A DNA stretch of 64,000 nt, from positions 692,257 through 756,256 of the forward strand of contig CAVSWO010000002.1 of assembly GCA_963731735.1 (NCBI GenBank). The letters are read 5' to 3'. Under the pieces are notes generated by a model. The model saw nothing but the letters and a program-made list of their open reading frames with translations. It was not told the DNA's origin and ran no database searches. Below, in pieces: positions 36,050 through 45,201 of this stretch (its first letter is position 1; each line of letters opens with the position of its first letter). The position numbers were made by a program, and so were the translations under genes. This DNA is from Candidatus Kerfeldbacteria bacterium. Lineage in GTDB: Bacteria; Patescibacteriota; Patescibacteriia; SBBC01; CAIJZX01.

Positions 36050-37102
36050 TTAGAGACCTGTGGATAACTCTATGGGCTTGGGTTGGAGTGATGGTCGAAC
36101 TGGAACTGTCGCCGGGATATTTTTTCGGAGGGTACCGAATAAGACAATGATCAGGAAATCGGCCAGGAACACCGCCAACATAAGCCAAGGCAAATCATGT
36201 TTGAGGGTAAAGTCTGACTGGGTGAGGGGAGATGGGGACTGTGTTGAAGCCCCTTTGACCCGGGGTGAGAAATTTGGAGCCGTTAGATAGTCCGGATTTG
36301 GCTCTGTTAAGCTAAAAGTCAGGTTTGGAGCCGGACGATTCGCGTCAGAAACCAAGCTATGAATCATCGGTTCCGTTGGTACTGAGGTTAGAGCGGGAGG
36401 CGTAGGTTCGGGGGCGGCATGGTTGGTGGATGCAACCGGTACGCCTCGATTCCCGAATAATTGGACCACCACCGTTGAGGTCTGTCCCTCGATGATGCCG
36501 GTCGCTACGCCGACGCCGATATCGGTGTATTTGCTGGCCATAATATTGTCGCGATGAATCGGTGAGGCCATCCAACCCTGGAGTAAACCCGAAACATCAC
36601 TAAAATCCTTCGCCAAATTCTCGCCGGCTTCGGTAAAGGCATAGCCAACCCGATCAAACCAATACCAAGGACTTAACCCAGACGGTGAGGTGTGAGCAAA
36701 ATAGCCGTGGGTGGCCATATCATCGGCTTTCATTTGGGCGGCACGCTGAAGACGGTTATCGGGCGAGAGGACCGGCACACCGGCTGTTTGCCGAACTTGG
36801 TTTGTGGCCTGAATAACATCGGTGGCGTTGAAGGCCAGGGTTGGTAGCGGTAGGAGCAGGAATCCAGCCAGCAACACCGCCATAAAATTCCGGACCCCGG
36901 TTGGGAGCGTCGATGCAGTTTTGTCTGATGCAATGTCTGCAGTATTGATTGGCGGCAGAGATTGGACCACAAAGACACTCTGTCCATCGCGGACAGTGAT
37001 CGTAACTTCACCGGTCGGTCGGTGCACGAATTGTTTTGTTCGATGGCCGGGGAGCCAATCGGGGAATAGATGCATAGGGTGGAGTCGAAACGCGAGCGTC
37101 AT
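36050..37102 (-). CDS. CAP/SCP domain protein with C-terminal TM
   Basis: TNQVR..L..AAQ.KADDM...YFAHTSP.G, AGENLA, WMASP.HRDNI, IGVGV; start uncertain. Confidence 0.88.
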   Translation of the reverse strand: MTLAFRLHPMHLFPDWLPGHRTKQFVHRPTGEVTITVRDGQSVFVVQSLPPINTADIASDKTASTLPTGVRNFMAVLLAGFLLLPLPTLAFNATDVIQATNQVRQTAGVPVLSPDNRLQRAAQMKADDMATHGYFAHTSPSGLSPWYWFDRVGYAFTEAGENLAKDFSDVSGLLQGWMASPIHRDNIMASKYTDIGVGVATGIIEGQTSTVVVQLFGNRGVPVASTNHAAPEPTPPALTSVPTEPMIHSLVSDANRPAPNLTFSLTEPNPDYLTAPNFSPRVKGASTQSPSPLTQSDFTLKHDLPWLMLAVFLADFLIIVLFGTLRKNIPATVPVRPSLQPKPIELSTGL

Positions 37103-37298
37103 GCAGAAAGCAAAAAACGCGCTCGCGAAGCGCGCCACCTGTACCTATACGTAGTATAGCATAGTCGGCCGGAAAAATCAAGTTGGCGAGCAACTTTGGA
37201 CCCGTATGCAATCGACTTGCTTTCTCGGCAAAAACAGGAGACAATAGGTCTTCGAGACTATGAACAAACGTACCCACACCTCGAAACGCCAAGTTGCT

Positions 37299-38375
37299 AT
37301 GCAAATCGTGATCATGGCGGGAGGCGGCGGCACTCGCTTGTGGCCGGTTTCGCGTTTACGAACTCCGAAACAAAGCCAACCGTTTGGCGATCGAGAGACG
37401 CTGCTGCAAAAAACGTTCAAGCGCCTGCGGACCGGCTGGGCGGCCAGTGATATATTTGTTTCCACGAATACCGAACAGTATCCGATTCTCCATCGCCAAC
37501 TGCCAACCCTGGCAAAACGGCAGTATATTCTTGAGCCTTCTCGACGCGAGACCGCGCCGGCGATTGGATTGGCGGCCGCCTATCTGCATAAAAAAAATCC
37601 TCAGGCCATCATGGTCACGGCCAACTCGGATGCGTACATTCGGGAAGTGCCGGAATATGTGGCGATCCTGCGCGCGGCGGGTCAGGCGGTCGCCCGAACG
37701 CCGGACCAGACCGTCTTGATCGGCATCAAACCACGCTACCCGGATACCGGACTCGGGTATATTAAAATGGATTCCCAGGTTGATAACATCGGCCGCCACG
37801 AAATTTTCCGGGTTGAACGATTCGTCGAGAAACCGAACTTGGCCACCGCCAAGCGGTACGCGGCCAGCTGGCAGTACTTATGGAACCCGGCCATGTTTGT
37901 GTTTCGAGTGGATGCCATGCTCGACAAATTCCGGCGCTGGCTCAATCCTTCCTACCGGCTGCTGATGCAGATGCAGGCAGCCATGGGCACGACCCGGGAA
38001 CAAGCCGTGATTCGGCGGCTGTACCCGAAAATGCAGAAAATTTCGATTGACTACGGAATCATGGAGAAGGACCGAGACATGCGCGTGTTACCGGCCGATC
38101 TGACCTGGGCTGATATTGGGAACTGGCGAGCGGTCTATGATGTTTTATCAAATGACCGAAATACCACGGTACTGCGCGGTAAACATATCCAACGTGATTC
38201 GCATGGAAACTTGATCCATACGGATCATCAGAAGATAGTGGCGACCGCCGGTCTCTCGGACATGATCATTATTGATACACCGGATGCGCTGCTGATTGTG
38301 CCGCGCGACCGGGCCCAAGATGTAAAAATGCTGGTGGCTGAACTTGAAGCCAAGCGCCTGACTGACTATCTCTAA
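37299..38375 (+). CDS. manC: Mannose-1-phosphate guanylyltransferase
   Basis: MAGGGGTRLWPVSR..PKQ, EP..RETAPAI, FVEKP, SIDYGIMEK, W.DIG.W. Confidence 0.94.
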   Translation: MQIVIMAGGGGTRLWPVSRLRTPKQSQPFGDRETLLQKTFKRLRTGWAASDIFVSTNTEQYPILHRQLPTLAKRQYILEPSRRETAPAIGLAAAYLHKKNPQAIMVTANSDAYIREVPEYVAILRAAGQAVARTPDQTVLIGIKPRYPDTGLGYIKMDSQVDNIGRHEIFRVERFVEKPNLATAKRYAASWQYLWNPAMFVFRVDAMLDKFRRWLNPSYRLLMQMQAAMGTTREQAVIRRLYPKMQKISIDYGIMEKDRDMRVLPADLTWADIGNWRAVYDVLSNDRNTTVLRGKHIQRDSHGNLIHTDHQKIVATAGLSDMIIIDTPDALLIVPRDRAQDVKMLVAELEAKRLTDYL

Positions 38376-38380
38376 CAACC

Positions 38381-39403
38381 ATGCGCATTGTGCAATTTTC
38401 ACTCCTCGGTCTGTTGGTGCTGGTGCTCGGGTTTGGCTGGTGGTATCACGGAGTGGTATCGCACGCGCCGGATCAGGCACCGGCCCGCTCGGTGATTCGA
38501 ATCGCTGAAGGCGACGGGGTGCGCGAAGTTGCCGATAAACTTTACGATGCCAAGCTGATAAGTCAACGCTGGCACTGGAATCTCTATGTGGTGTTAACCG
38601 GCCATCGCTCAGACCTGCTGGCCGGTGAATACGTCTTCACCACCGCGCCGTCGATTCGCACCCTGGTCCGTGAATTTACCACACCACCGGAAGGCCAACC
38701 CGAAGTCAGCGTAAAAATACTTGAAGGCTGGACCGCCAAAGATATGTCGACCGTCTTGGAAAAATCCGGCGTGATCGATGCCAAAGACTTTCTGGCGATG
38801 GTAGATACGCCTGACTATGCCGCCATGATTCCGAAAGCAACCTATCCATGGCTGGCCACCATTCCGCAGGGGGCAAGCTTGGAAGGTTTTCTGTTTCCGG
38901 ATACCTATAAATTCTTTGTCCCGTCCACTCCCGGCCAGGTGGTTGGGAAAATGCTGGCCAACTTCGATCAAAAATATTCCAGTAGCCTGCGTACATCGTT
39001 AACCGATTCCGGTCGCTCACTTTATCAGGCGGTAATTTTAGCTTCGATTGTCGAGCGAGAATTGCAATCCGATAGTGATCGGGCGAAAGGGGCAGATTTG
39101 TTTTTGCGACGGATTGCAGCCGGGATCCCGCTGCAATCAGATGCGACGGTCAATTATGTGACCGGCAAAAGCGCCACTCAACCCACCTTGGATGACTTGG
39201 CCGTCGACTCACCCTATAACACCTATAAGTATCAGGGACTGCCGCCCGGGCCGATCGGAAACCCCGGATTATCGTCCTTACGAGCCGCCATTAACCCCGA
39301 GCCCAACCCGTATTATTACTTCTTGCATGACCCCCAGGGCGTCACGCATTTCTCCAAAACCCTGGAGGAACATAATGCCAATAAAGCCAAGTATTTGCCG
39401 TAG
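38381..39403 (+). CDS. mltG: Endolytic transglycosylase MltG
   Basis: LEGFLFPDTY, LASIVERE, LQSDAT, SPYNTY..GLPPGPIGNPG. Confidence 0.96.
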   Translation: MRIVQFSLLGLLVLVLGFGWWYHGVVSHAPDQAPARSVIRIAEGDGVREVADKLYDAKLISQRWHWNLYVVLTGHRSDLLAGEYVFTTAPSIRTLVREFTTPPEGQPEVSVKILEGWTAKDMSTVLEKSGVIDAKDFLAMVDTPDYAAMIPKATYPWLATIPQGASLEGFLFPDTYKFFVPSTPGQVVGKMLANFDQKYSSSLRTSLTDSGRSLYQAVILASIVERELQSDSDRAKGADLFLRRIAAGIPLQSDATVNYVTGKSATQPTLDDLAVDSPYNTYKYQGLPPGPIGNPGLSSLRAAINPEPNPYYYFLHDPQGVTHFSKTLEEHNANKAKYLP

Positions 39404-39405
39404 CC

Positions 39406-39434
39406 TTGACAGGCACCGGGGTATCAGCTAAACT
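39406..39434 (+). promoter_or_regulatory. Sigma70 promoter for rplJL
   Basis: TTGACA-17-TAAACT. Confidence 0.75.
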
Positions 39435-39439
39435 CCCAA

Positions 39440-39540
39440 CGCTTCCAAAGACCACTGGTGTCCCACAGACAAGGGACGTAAATCCAGTGCAGGAAATAAC
39501 CCCAGCTCGGGGTATTCTGCCTACGGAAGCACCGTAGATT
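39440..39540 (+). promoter_or_regulatory. Ribosomal protein L10 leader
   Basis: AAGACCACTGG..GTCCC..GGGAC GTAAA TCCAGTG core upstream of rplJ. Confidence 0.65.
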
Positions 39541-39552
39541 TTTTACGCGTAT

Positions 39553-40080
39553 ATGGCTAAGACTCGACAACAAAAAGAGGATAGCGTTCAGCAACTGGTT
39601 GATCGCTTAGGGCGAATGAAATCGGTGGTTTTCACCAGTTTCTCCGGTCTGACCGTGGCGGATGCAACCATGCTGCGCAAGTCTTTGCGTGACAGTCAGA
39701 TTGATTACGTCGTGACCAAGAAATCACTCCTCCGTCGCGGTTTGAAAGATCTGCAACTTGATCCGGCCATTGCCGATTCATTTGCAGGGGCGGCGGCGCT
39801 GGCATTCGGTTACGAAGACGAAGTCATGCCGGCCAAATTATTGGCCAAATTCGCCAAGTCAAACGAAGCAGTTTCGTTACTGGGGGGAATCGTCAACGGT
39901 ACCTATCTTGATCAAAAACAGATTGTCGCTTTGGCGGCCTTACCGGGCAAAGAAGAAATGATTGCCAAGACCGTCTGGACGATCAAAGCGCCGCTGACTG
40001 GTTTCGTGAACGTCCTGGCTGGTAATCTCCGCGGATTGGTAACTGTGCTGCAGGCCATCCGTGACGCCAAACCCGCATAA
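39553..40080 (+). CDS. rplJ: 50S ribosomal protein L10
   Basis: GLTV....LRK, VTKKSL, LAALPGKEEM. Confidence 0.96.
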   Translation: MAKTRQQKEDSVQQLVDRLGRMKSVVFTSFSGLTVADATMLRKSLRDSQIDYVVTKKSLLRRGLKDLQLDPAIADSFAGAAALAFGYEDEVMPAKLLAKFAKSNEAVSLLGGIVNGTYLDQKQIVALAALPGKEEMIAKTVWTIKAPLTGFVNVLAGNLRGLVTVLQAIRDAKPA

Positions 40081-40114
40081 ATTTATATTTCACTAAGTAA
40101 CAAGGGTAATTCCT

Positions 40115-40528
40115 ATGTCCGAAGAACAGAAGCAGCCCGTCGAGGTGCCAGAGAAGTTCAAGGCCCTGGTCGAGCAAATTGAAAAGTTGTCAGTCCTGGA
40201 TTTGGCGGAACTCGTCAAAGTACTGGAAGACAAATTCGGTGTCAGCGCCGCTGCACCGATGATGGTTGCCGCGGGTGGCGCCGCCGCCGGTGGCGAAGCT
40301 GGTGCGGCGGAAGAACAAACCGCCTTTAATGTCGAGCTGGCTGCCGCCGGATCGAATAAAATCGCGGTCATCAAAGTCGTTCGCGAAGCGACCGGCAAAG
40401 GCTTGAAAGAAGCCAAAGATATGGTGGACGGAGCGCCTAAAGTGATTAAAGAAGGCGCCACCAAAGAAGAGGCCGAGGCTTTAAAGAAGCAGCTGGAAGA
40501 AGCCGGCGCTCAAGTCAACCTCAAGTAA
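40115..40528 (+). CDS. rplL: 50S ribosomal protein L7/L12
   Basis: [29 protein letters not shown]. Confidence 0.98.
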   Translation: MSEEQKQPVEVPEKFKALVEQIEKLSVLDLAELVKVLEDKFGVSAAAPMMVAAGGAAAGGEAGAAEEQTAFNVELAAAGSNKIAVIKVVREATGKGLKEAKDMVDGAPKVIKEGATKEEAEALKKQLEEAGAQVNLK

Positions 40529-40541
40529 ATTACGTCAAATC

Positions 40542-40568
40542 AGCCGCCGCCCATTCGGGCGGCGGTTT
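40542..40568. terminator. Hairpin terminator between convergent genes
   Basis: AGCCGCCGCCC-ATTC-GGGCGGCGGTTT. Confidence 0.7.
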
Positions 40569-40571
40569 CGG

Positions 40572-42782
40572 TTACGGTAAGCTGACTGAATAGAGACTGG
40601 TACCGGCCAAAACGTAGGCGGTCTTGTTTGCCTCGTCAACGGAAAAGTCTCGTAGGGTGGTCCAGGTGGGCGACTGAAATTGGGCGAGTAATTTGCCTTC
40701 CTTCGTAAAGACCAGCAGCCGTTGGGAAGCCGGTTCAAGCACATACAGATACGTACTATTTTCATCGGTCCAAAGTTTGGTTGGTTGAGTCAGTGCCGGA
40801 TCAACCGTATCCAGGGCGAAGGTGGCCGGCCGCCCACCAAATAATTTTTCAATCCGACCGTCACGGTGCAGTACATAAATTGATCCATCGACGGCCAAAT
40901 CAATACCGTCACGAAGATCAAGGCTGACGGTTTGCCAATTGCTGCCGGCCCCCAAGCTGGTAGCACTGCGGCTAAAACGCAGGATCGATTGATTGGCCGT
41001 GTCCAAGGCATACAGACGGGATTGGAAATTCGCAATCGCGACTAGCGTGGGATTTTGCTTCGGCAATTGGGCATCCAACGGCGTCCAGGTTTTCTTGGCT
41101 GGGTTGAATGCGACAACGGTATCGCGTTCCGTCAGAAATAAAATGTCTTGTCCGGAAACAGTCCCGGCCACCAACGCTCCGGTATCGAGTGAATTAGTAC
41201 TGGAGGTGGTATCACTGGGCGTAGTGGCGCTAGCAATCACCGCGGTTGCTCGCCGGTCATCGACCACGATAAATTTACCATTGAGGAAAAACGTTTCGGT
41301 GGGGCTAAGCTCAGGATATTCAGCGGCAATATTCAGGACTGGACTCGGATCAGTCAGAGTCGTCAACTTGGTGAGCTGCTGGGTAACTTTGGCCAGGTGA
41401 GCGGCCAAGGGTTTACGGGTAGCCTTATCTTGTTTGGTCCGGTCAGGGAGTTGATCAAATAATTTTTGGGCGGCCGCCAGATGTTGCTTGGCCAGATCAT
41501 CCCCGCCGAAAAGCAAGGCCGCATCGGCTTGCCCTAAGCGCTCTTCGATTTGTGCCACCGTGGCTTCGACGTTAGCGGTTTGCTGGCTTGGCAGCAAACC
41601 GCCCGTCCGCGCGAGGGAAGTGCTGAAAAATAGTACCACCGCCAGCATGCCGATCACGCTCCAGCGCTGCGAAGGCGCTAGTCGTCGAAACCAGCGAACC
41701 AGCGAATCCAAAGCGGCGCTTATCCCAAAGCGACGTGGGGCACGAAGAGACGGTGCAGAAATCTGCAGCGATTGTGGCTTTGGCATCGGGAAGGCTTGCC
41801 GCATGCGTTGCCAGGCGTTGGTCAAACGGCCGGTACCGGTTCCCGCTGACGGTCGGGCGGCTGGTTGCGGGGCCAACGGTTGATCAGGAATCGAACGGCG
41901 TGGTGGTCGGCGGGAGGCTTGACGGACAAGACTGGACAGGCGTAGTTTCAGTCGCGAGCCGAACTGATGGATGGAGGGCCAGACCGAGGGTGATAATATA
42001 CTTTCGGTCCGTTGTTCCTGACTCCGGAGTTGATCCATCGACAATTGCGGTGAGATTCGATTGGACGGCAGGGTCGAAGTCGGCAGTGGATGCGACGCTG
42101 CCACCGGATCTTCCTCCGGCATCAACTGCATCAGGAGGGCCGCGAAAGCCACCCGAGCTTCGGTGCCGAGCAGCGTGGTTTCTAATTCGCGGGCGGCTTG
42201 GGCTGGCGGGTAATCAAGCACCGTCCGCCGTAACTTTTCCATCGAGAAATAGTCGAGCAATGCCGGGGTACAAAAAAGTAGCCGATCACCAGCCTCAAGG
42301 CGTCCGCTAATCACTTGATCAAATAACCGGAGCGGGTTGGCTTTCTGACCGGATGGTTGCCCGAGGATGTCGTGGAGCCGTTCGCGCCGAACAAGAAATC
42401 CATGCATCGTACCCAGGCAAGAAAGATACAGCTGCTCTCGCCATTGGACTCCAATCACCATGTGGGCGTGGTCCACCCACTGGCCAACTCCCTGTAATAT
42501 CAATTGATGCAAGCGTTGATTGGTGCGTTGGAGCGCCACTTCAAAAGTGGCCTCAACATTTTCATCATGGCCTTGATAGTATTGATGCTTCAATTCCTCC
42601 TGGAGCACATTCAGCACCTCGTGATTGCTGCGACTTTTGGTATCAATCCCGCTGACCAAAAAAAGTGTTCCCAGCTGTTGTTCTTCGCTGGGGGTTGGGT
42701 GCGCAACCCAAACGTTGACGGTCGAGGCGGACCGATCAGGGTCATAGACAATCAGGGAGTCGAGCTGGTGCTTAAGAGTCAT
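40572..42782 (-). CDS. Hypothetical membrane protein: PP2C-like N-terminal domain, TM, C-terminal beta-propeller
   Basis: ISGRLEAGDRLLFCT; central TM; LYALD, LAVDGSIYVL, LYVLEP repeats. Confidence 0.7.
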   Translation of the reverse strand: MTLKHQLDSLIVYDPDRSASTVNVWVAHPTPSEEQQLGTLFLVSGIDTKSRSNHEVLNVLQEELKHQYYQGHDENVEATFEVALQRTNQRLHQLILQGVGQWVDHAHMVIGVQWREQLYLSCLGTMHGFLVRRERLHDILGQPSGQKANPLRLFDQVISGRLEAGDRLLFCTPALLDYFSMEKLRRTVLDYPPAQAARELETTLLGTEARVAFAALLMQLMPEEDPVAASHPLPTSTLPSNRISPQLSMDQLRSQEQRTESILSPSVWPSIHQFGSRLKLRLSSLVRQASRRPPRRSIPDQPLAPQPAARPSAGTGTGRLTNAWQRMRQAFPMPKPQSLQISAPSLRAPRRFGISAALDSLVRWFRRLAPSQRWSVIGMLAVVLFFSTSLARTGGLLPSQQTANVEATVAQIEERLGQADAALLFGGDDLAKQHLAAAQKLFDQLPDRTKQDKATRKPLAAHLAKVTQQLTKLTTLTDPSPVLNIAAEYPELSPTETFFLNGKFIVVDDRRATAVIASATTPSDTTSSTNSLDTGALVAGTVSGQDILFLTERDTVVAFNPAKKTWTPLDAQLPKQNPTLVAIANFQSRLYALDTANQSILRFSRSATSLGAGSNWQTVSLDLRDGIDLAVDGSIYVLHRDGRIEKLFGGRPATFALDTVDPALTQPTKLWTDENSTYLYVLEPASQRLLVFTKEGKLLAQFQSPTWTTLRDFSVDEANKTAYVLAGTSLYSVSLP

Positions 42783-42819
42783 CGTAGGCAAAAACAGACC
42801 TTTTTAGTATACTAGAAAA

Positions 42820-43410
42820 ATGGCTCCCTCGCGACAGATGCTTGAACAACTGCTTGGATCCCGGACTCGGGCCAAAGTTTTGCGGCTTTTATTGACCAAT
42901 CCGGACAAGGAGTACTTTGTCCGTGAAATTAGCCGTAAAATAAAGGAACATATGAACTCGGTCCGGCGCGAGCTCCAATTTTTGTCGGGCGTCGGGATCA
43001 TCGTAGCCGAAGGCGAAGGACAAAAACGCTATTATACGGTTGATGTCGAATATCCATTATTTCCAGAGCTCAAGGCCCTGGTCTTCAAAGCGCAAGTGAT
43101 GGAGCAACAGAAACTCTTACAGGCTATCCAAACTAGCGGACGAATTTATTTGTTGGTACTGACCGGATTTTTCGTTGGTCTGCCGGAAATAAAAACGGAC
43201 ATCTTGGTGGTTGGATCGGTCAACCGCAATCGTTTAGATCGACTGATCCATACCTTTCAACAGCATTTTGATCGAGACATCCACTATACCATCATGTCGC
43301 GCGCCGAATTTGATTATCGACATAACCTGACAGACCGTTTTCTGTATCACATTCTGTCGCAACCGATGATTACGGTGATCGATAAACGCAAACCGCCGGC
43401 CGCCACGTGA
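42820..43410 (+). CDS. Winged-HTH plus nucleotidyltransferase-like protein
   Basis: GSRTRAKVL..YFVREISR..NSVRREL; DILVVG. Confidence 0.75.
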   Translation: MAPSRQMLEQLLGSRTRAKVLRLLLTNPDKEYFVREISRKIKEHMNSVRRELQFLSGVGIIVAEGEGQKRYYTVDVEYPLFPELKALVFKAQVMEQQKLLQAIQTSGRIYLLVLTGFFVGLPEIKTDILVVGSVNRNRLDRLIHTFQQHFDRDIHYTIMSRAEFDYRHNLTDRFLYHILSQPMITVIDKRKPPAAT

Positions 43411-43811
43411 AGGTAATACTCCAGACTAATCTCCCTGGTCAATTACTCATTTGGGTAGCTGACCATAAGAATCAACGGCAAGTATTCGTCCGCCAAAGAG
43501 TCCGGTATCACGGTTCTGAAATATTACTTTCACTTGTTGATCGCGCACTCAAACAAGCCAAGGTGCAATTATCCAGCCTGCAGGCGATCGCGGTGGTCCG
43601 CGGACCAGGCGGGTTTACCGCTGTGCGAACTGGCATCGTGGTAGCGAACACTCTGGCCTACGCCTTACGGGTGCCGGTGCTTGGGATAGTTCGAAAACGG
43701 ATGTTGGAACCAGTTGATTTCCCGCGCCTGAGATGGACAGTCTCCTCCGCCTCCGTTAAACCGTATTACGGTCGGGCCCCGAATATTTCGAAACCCAAGC
43801 GGCAGCTTTAG
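43407..43811 (+). CDS. tsaB: Short TsaB-like t6A biosynthesis protein
   Basis: HGSE.LL, IAVVRGPGGFTAVRTG..ANTLA. Confidence 0.8.
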   Translation: MKVILQTNLPGQLLIWVADHKNQRQVFVRQRVRYHGSEILLSLVDRALKQAKVQLSSLQAIAVVRGPGGFTAVRTGIVVANTLAYALRVPVLGIVRKRMLEPVDFPRLRWTVSSASVKPYYGRAPNISKPKRQL

Positions 43812-44317
43812 GCGAGGGCTTGCCGTCGTGGCTCAACCGCACGCGGGTCAAGACCGCGAGCGAATTGCTGCAAAATTAATCCGGAAACTCCAAACCATTC
43901 TTTTAGGGTTTGGCCGGATAGTTGGCGGAAGGCCGCAAAGGTTGTGACCCCATGACGAGAAAGAAAACGAGTCGTTCGTTGTCCTAAGCCTGGCAGTAGC
44001 TGAATTGGCAGTTGGGCCAAAAAGGCGTCGGCTGATTCGGGAGTTACGATAGTGCAATGCGGAACGCCCCGATATAGCGCGGCAGCCCGAGCGGTGGTTT
44101 TTTGTCCGGCGGCGCCAAAGCGAATACGAGTGCCGAACGTACCCCGCAAAGCTTGATACAGATCACGGGCACCGCGGGAACGCATCCAGGGCTCAAGTTG
44201 CAGATAGGCACTGCGCGGTGAATCAACCTCCCAAGCGAAAACGCCTTGCAGCTTTAAAAATATATCCAACTTATCTGTCAAAATATGCGGACGGGGGAGT
44301 TGCAGGTAAGCGATCAT
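43808..44317 (-). CDS. Truncated Y-family polymerase-like protein (DinB/ImuB-like)
   Basis: FLAQLPIQLLPGLG, L...FG..G..L...ARGLDPR.V; lacks D(M)D and SIDE catalytic motifs. Confidence 0.75.
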   Translation of the reverse strand: MIAYLQLPRPHILTDKLDIFLKLQGVFAWEVDSPRSAYLQLEPWMRSRGARDLYQALRGTFGTRIRFGAAGQKTTARAAALYRGVPHCTIVTPESADAFLAQLPIQLLPGLGQRTTRFLSRHGVTTFAAFRQLSGQTLKEWFGVSGLILQQFARGLDPRAVEPRRQALA

Positions 44318-44363
44318 ACGGGCGATAGGTTAGTTAGTTGAATGTGATAGAGAAATTACGAAG

Positions 44364-44379
44364 CCGAAGAAATACCGAA
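44364..44379 (-). promoter_or_regulatory. Putative LexA box
   Basis: TTCGG-TATTTC-TTCGG (minus strand) upstream of the DinB/ImuB-like gene. Confidence 0.7.
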
Positions 44380-44397
44380 GTTGGGCAGCAAAATTTT

Positions 44398-45021
44398 TTA
44401 CGCGTACTGACGAATAACACCCAGGACCTTCCCTTGGATGACCACGCTTTTTACATCAAAGGGTTGGTAATTCTTATTGGCCGGTTGGAGACGGATAAAG
44501 TTTCGTTTTTTGAACATCTTTTTGAGGGTCGCGGTACCGTCATCAAGCAACGCTACAATCGTATCTCCATCTCGCGCGAAATCAGTTTTTTCGACAACCA
44601 CATAATCCCCGTCGGCAATAAAACTTTCGATCATGGAATCTCCGCGGACCTTGAGGACATACGCATTCTTACCGCGAACTAATTCTTCCGGAACGGCCAT
44701 GGTTTGATCTTTTTGTTCCAAAGCTTCAATTGGCGCGCCGGCCGCGATTGCCCCGACCACCGGCAGGGCCACGCTTCGGGCCAGCGCCGCACCCATTTGC
44801 TGCAGCTTACTGGTTAGGACAATGCCGCGTTCTTCACCCTCACTTCGTTCGATAAATCCACGCTCTTCAAGAAACTGCAAATGCTCATGCACTGTAGACA
44901 GGGCTGAGACCTTTAAATACTTCGCAATTTCGGTTAAGGTCGGCGCGTACCCGTGCTCGGCAATGTAGTCTTTAAGAAATTGCAGGACCTTTTGCTTTGT
45001 TTTGGGAAGAATGTGGGCCAT
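44398..45021 (-). CDS. lexA: SOS repressor LexA
   Basis: GYAPTLTEIA HTH, IAAGAP cleavage site, GDSM, ATLK. Confidence 0.97.
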   Translation of the reverse strand: MAHILPKTKQKVLQFLKDYIAEHGYAPTLTEIAKYLKVSALSTVHEHLQFLEERGFIERSEGEERGIVLTSKLQQMGAALARSVALPVVGAIAAGAPIEALEQKDQTMAVPEELVRGKNAYVLKVRGDSMIESFIADGDYVVVEKTDFARDGDTIVALLDDGTATLKKMFKKRNFIRLQPANKNYQPFDVKSVVIQGKVLGVIRQYA

Positions 45022-45116
45022 AGATGTTGCTTGACGGCGGGCGAGGGGAGAGGGTTACGGGAGTTGCCTCATCCGATTGCCGAGTCCGCTCACCCGCCGG
45101 GTGTTCATGCACAAGC

Positions 45117-45145
45117 ATCGTATACCGAATAAAAACCGAAGTCAA
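45117..45145 (-). promoter_or_regulatory. lexA promoter with LexA box in the spacer
   Basis: TTGACT-17-TACGAT; TTCGG-TTTTTA-TTCGG at 45140-45125. Confidence 0.75.
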
Positions 45146-45201
45146 GAATACTTATCCACAAGGCCGGACAAACGGCCTGGCGAATGCATTGTTCGTAAAC
45201 C

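Noticed and set aside
36059-36067. oriC suggested by DnaA boxes (also 11590 and 45152)
   Set aside because: The boxes are isolated, with no cluster and no dnaA/dnaN nearby
42820-43410. MNT-HEPN toxin-antitoxin module
   Set aside because: No adjacent HEPN gene and the nucleotidyltransferase motif is degenerate
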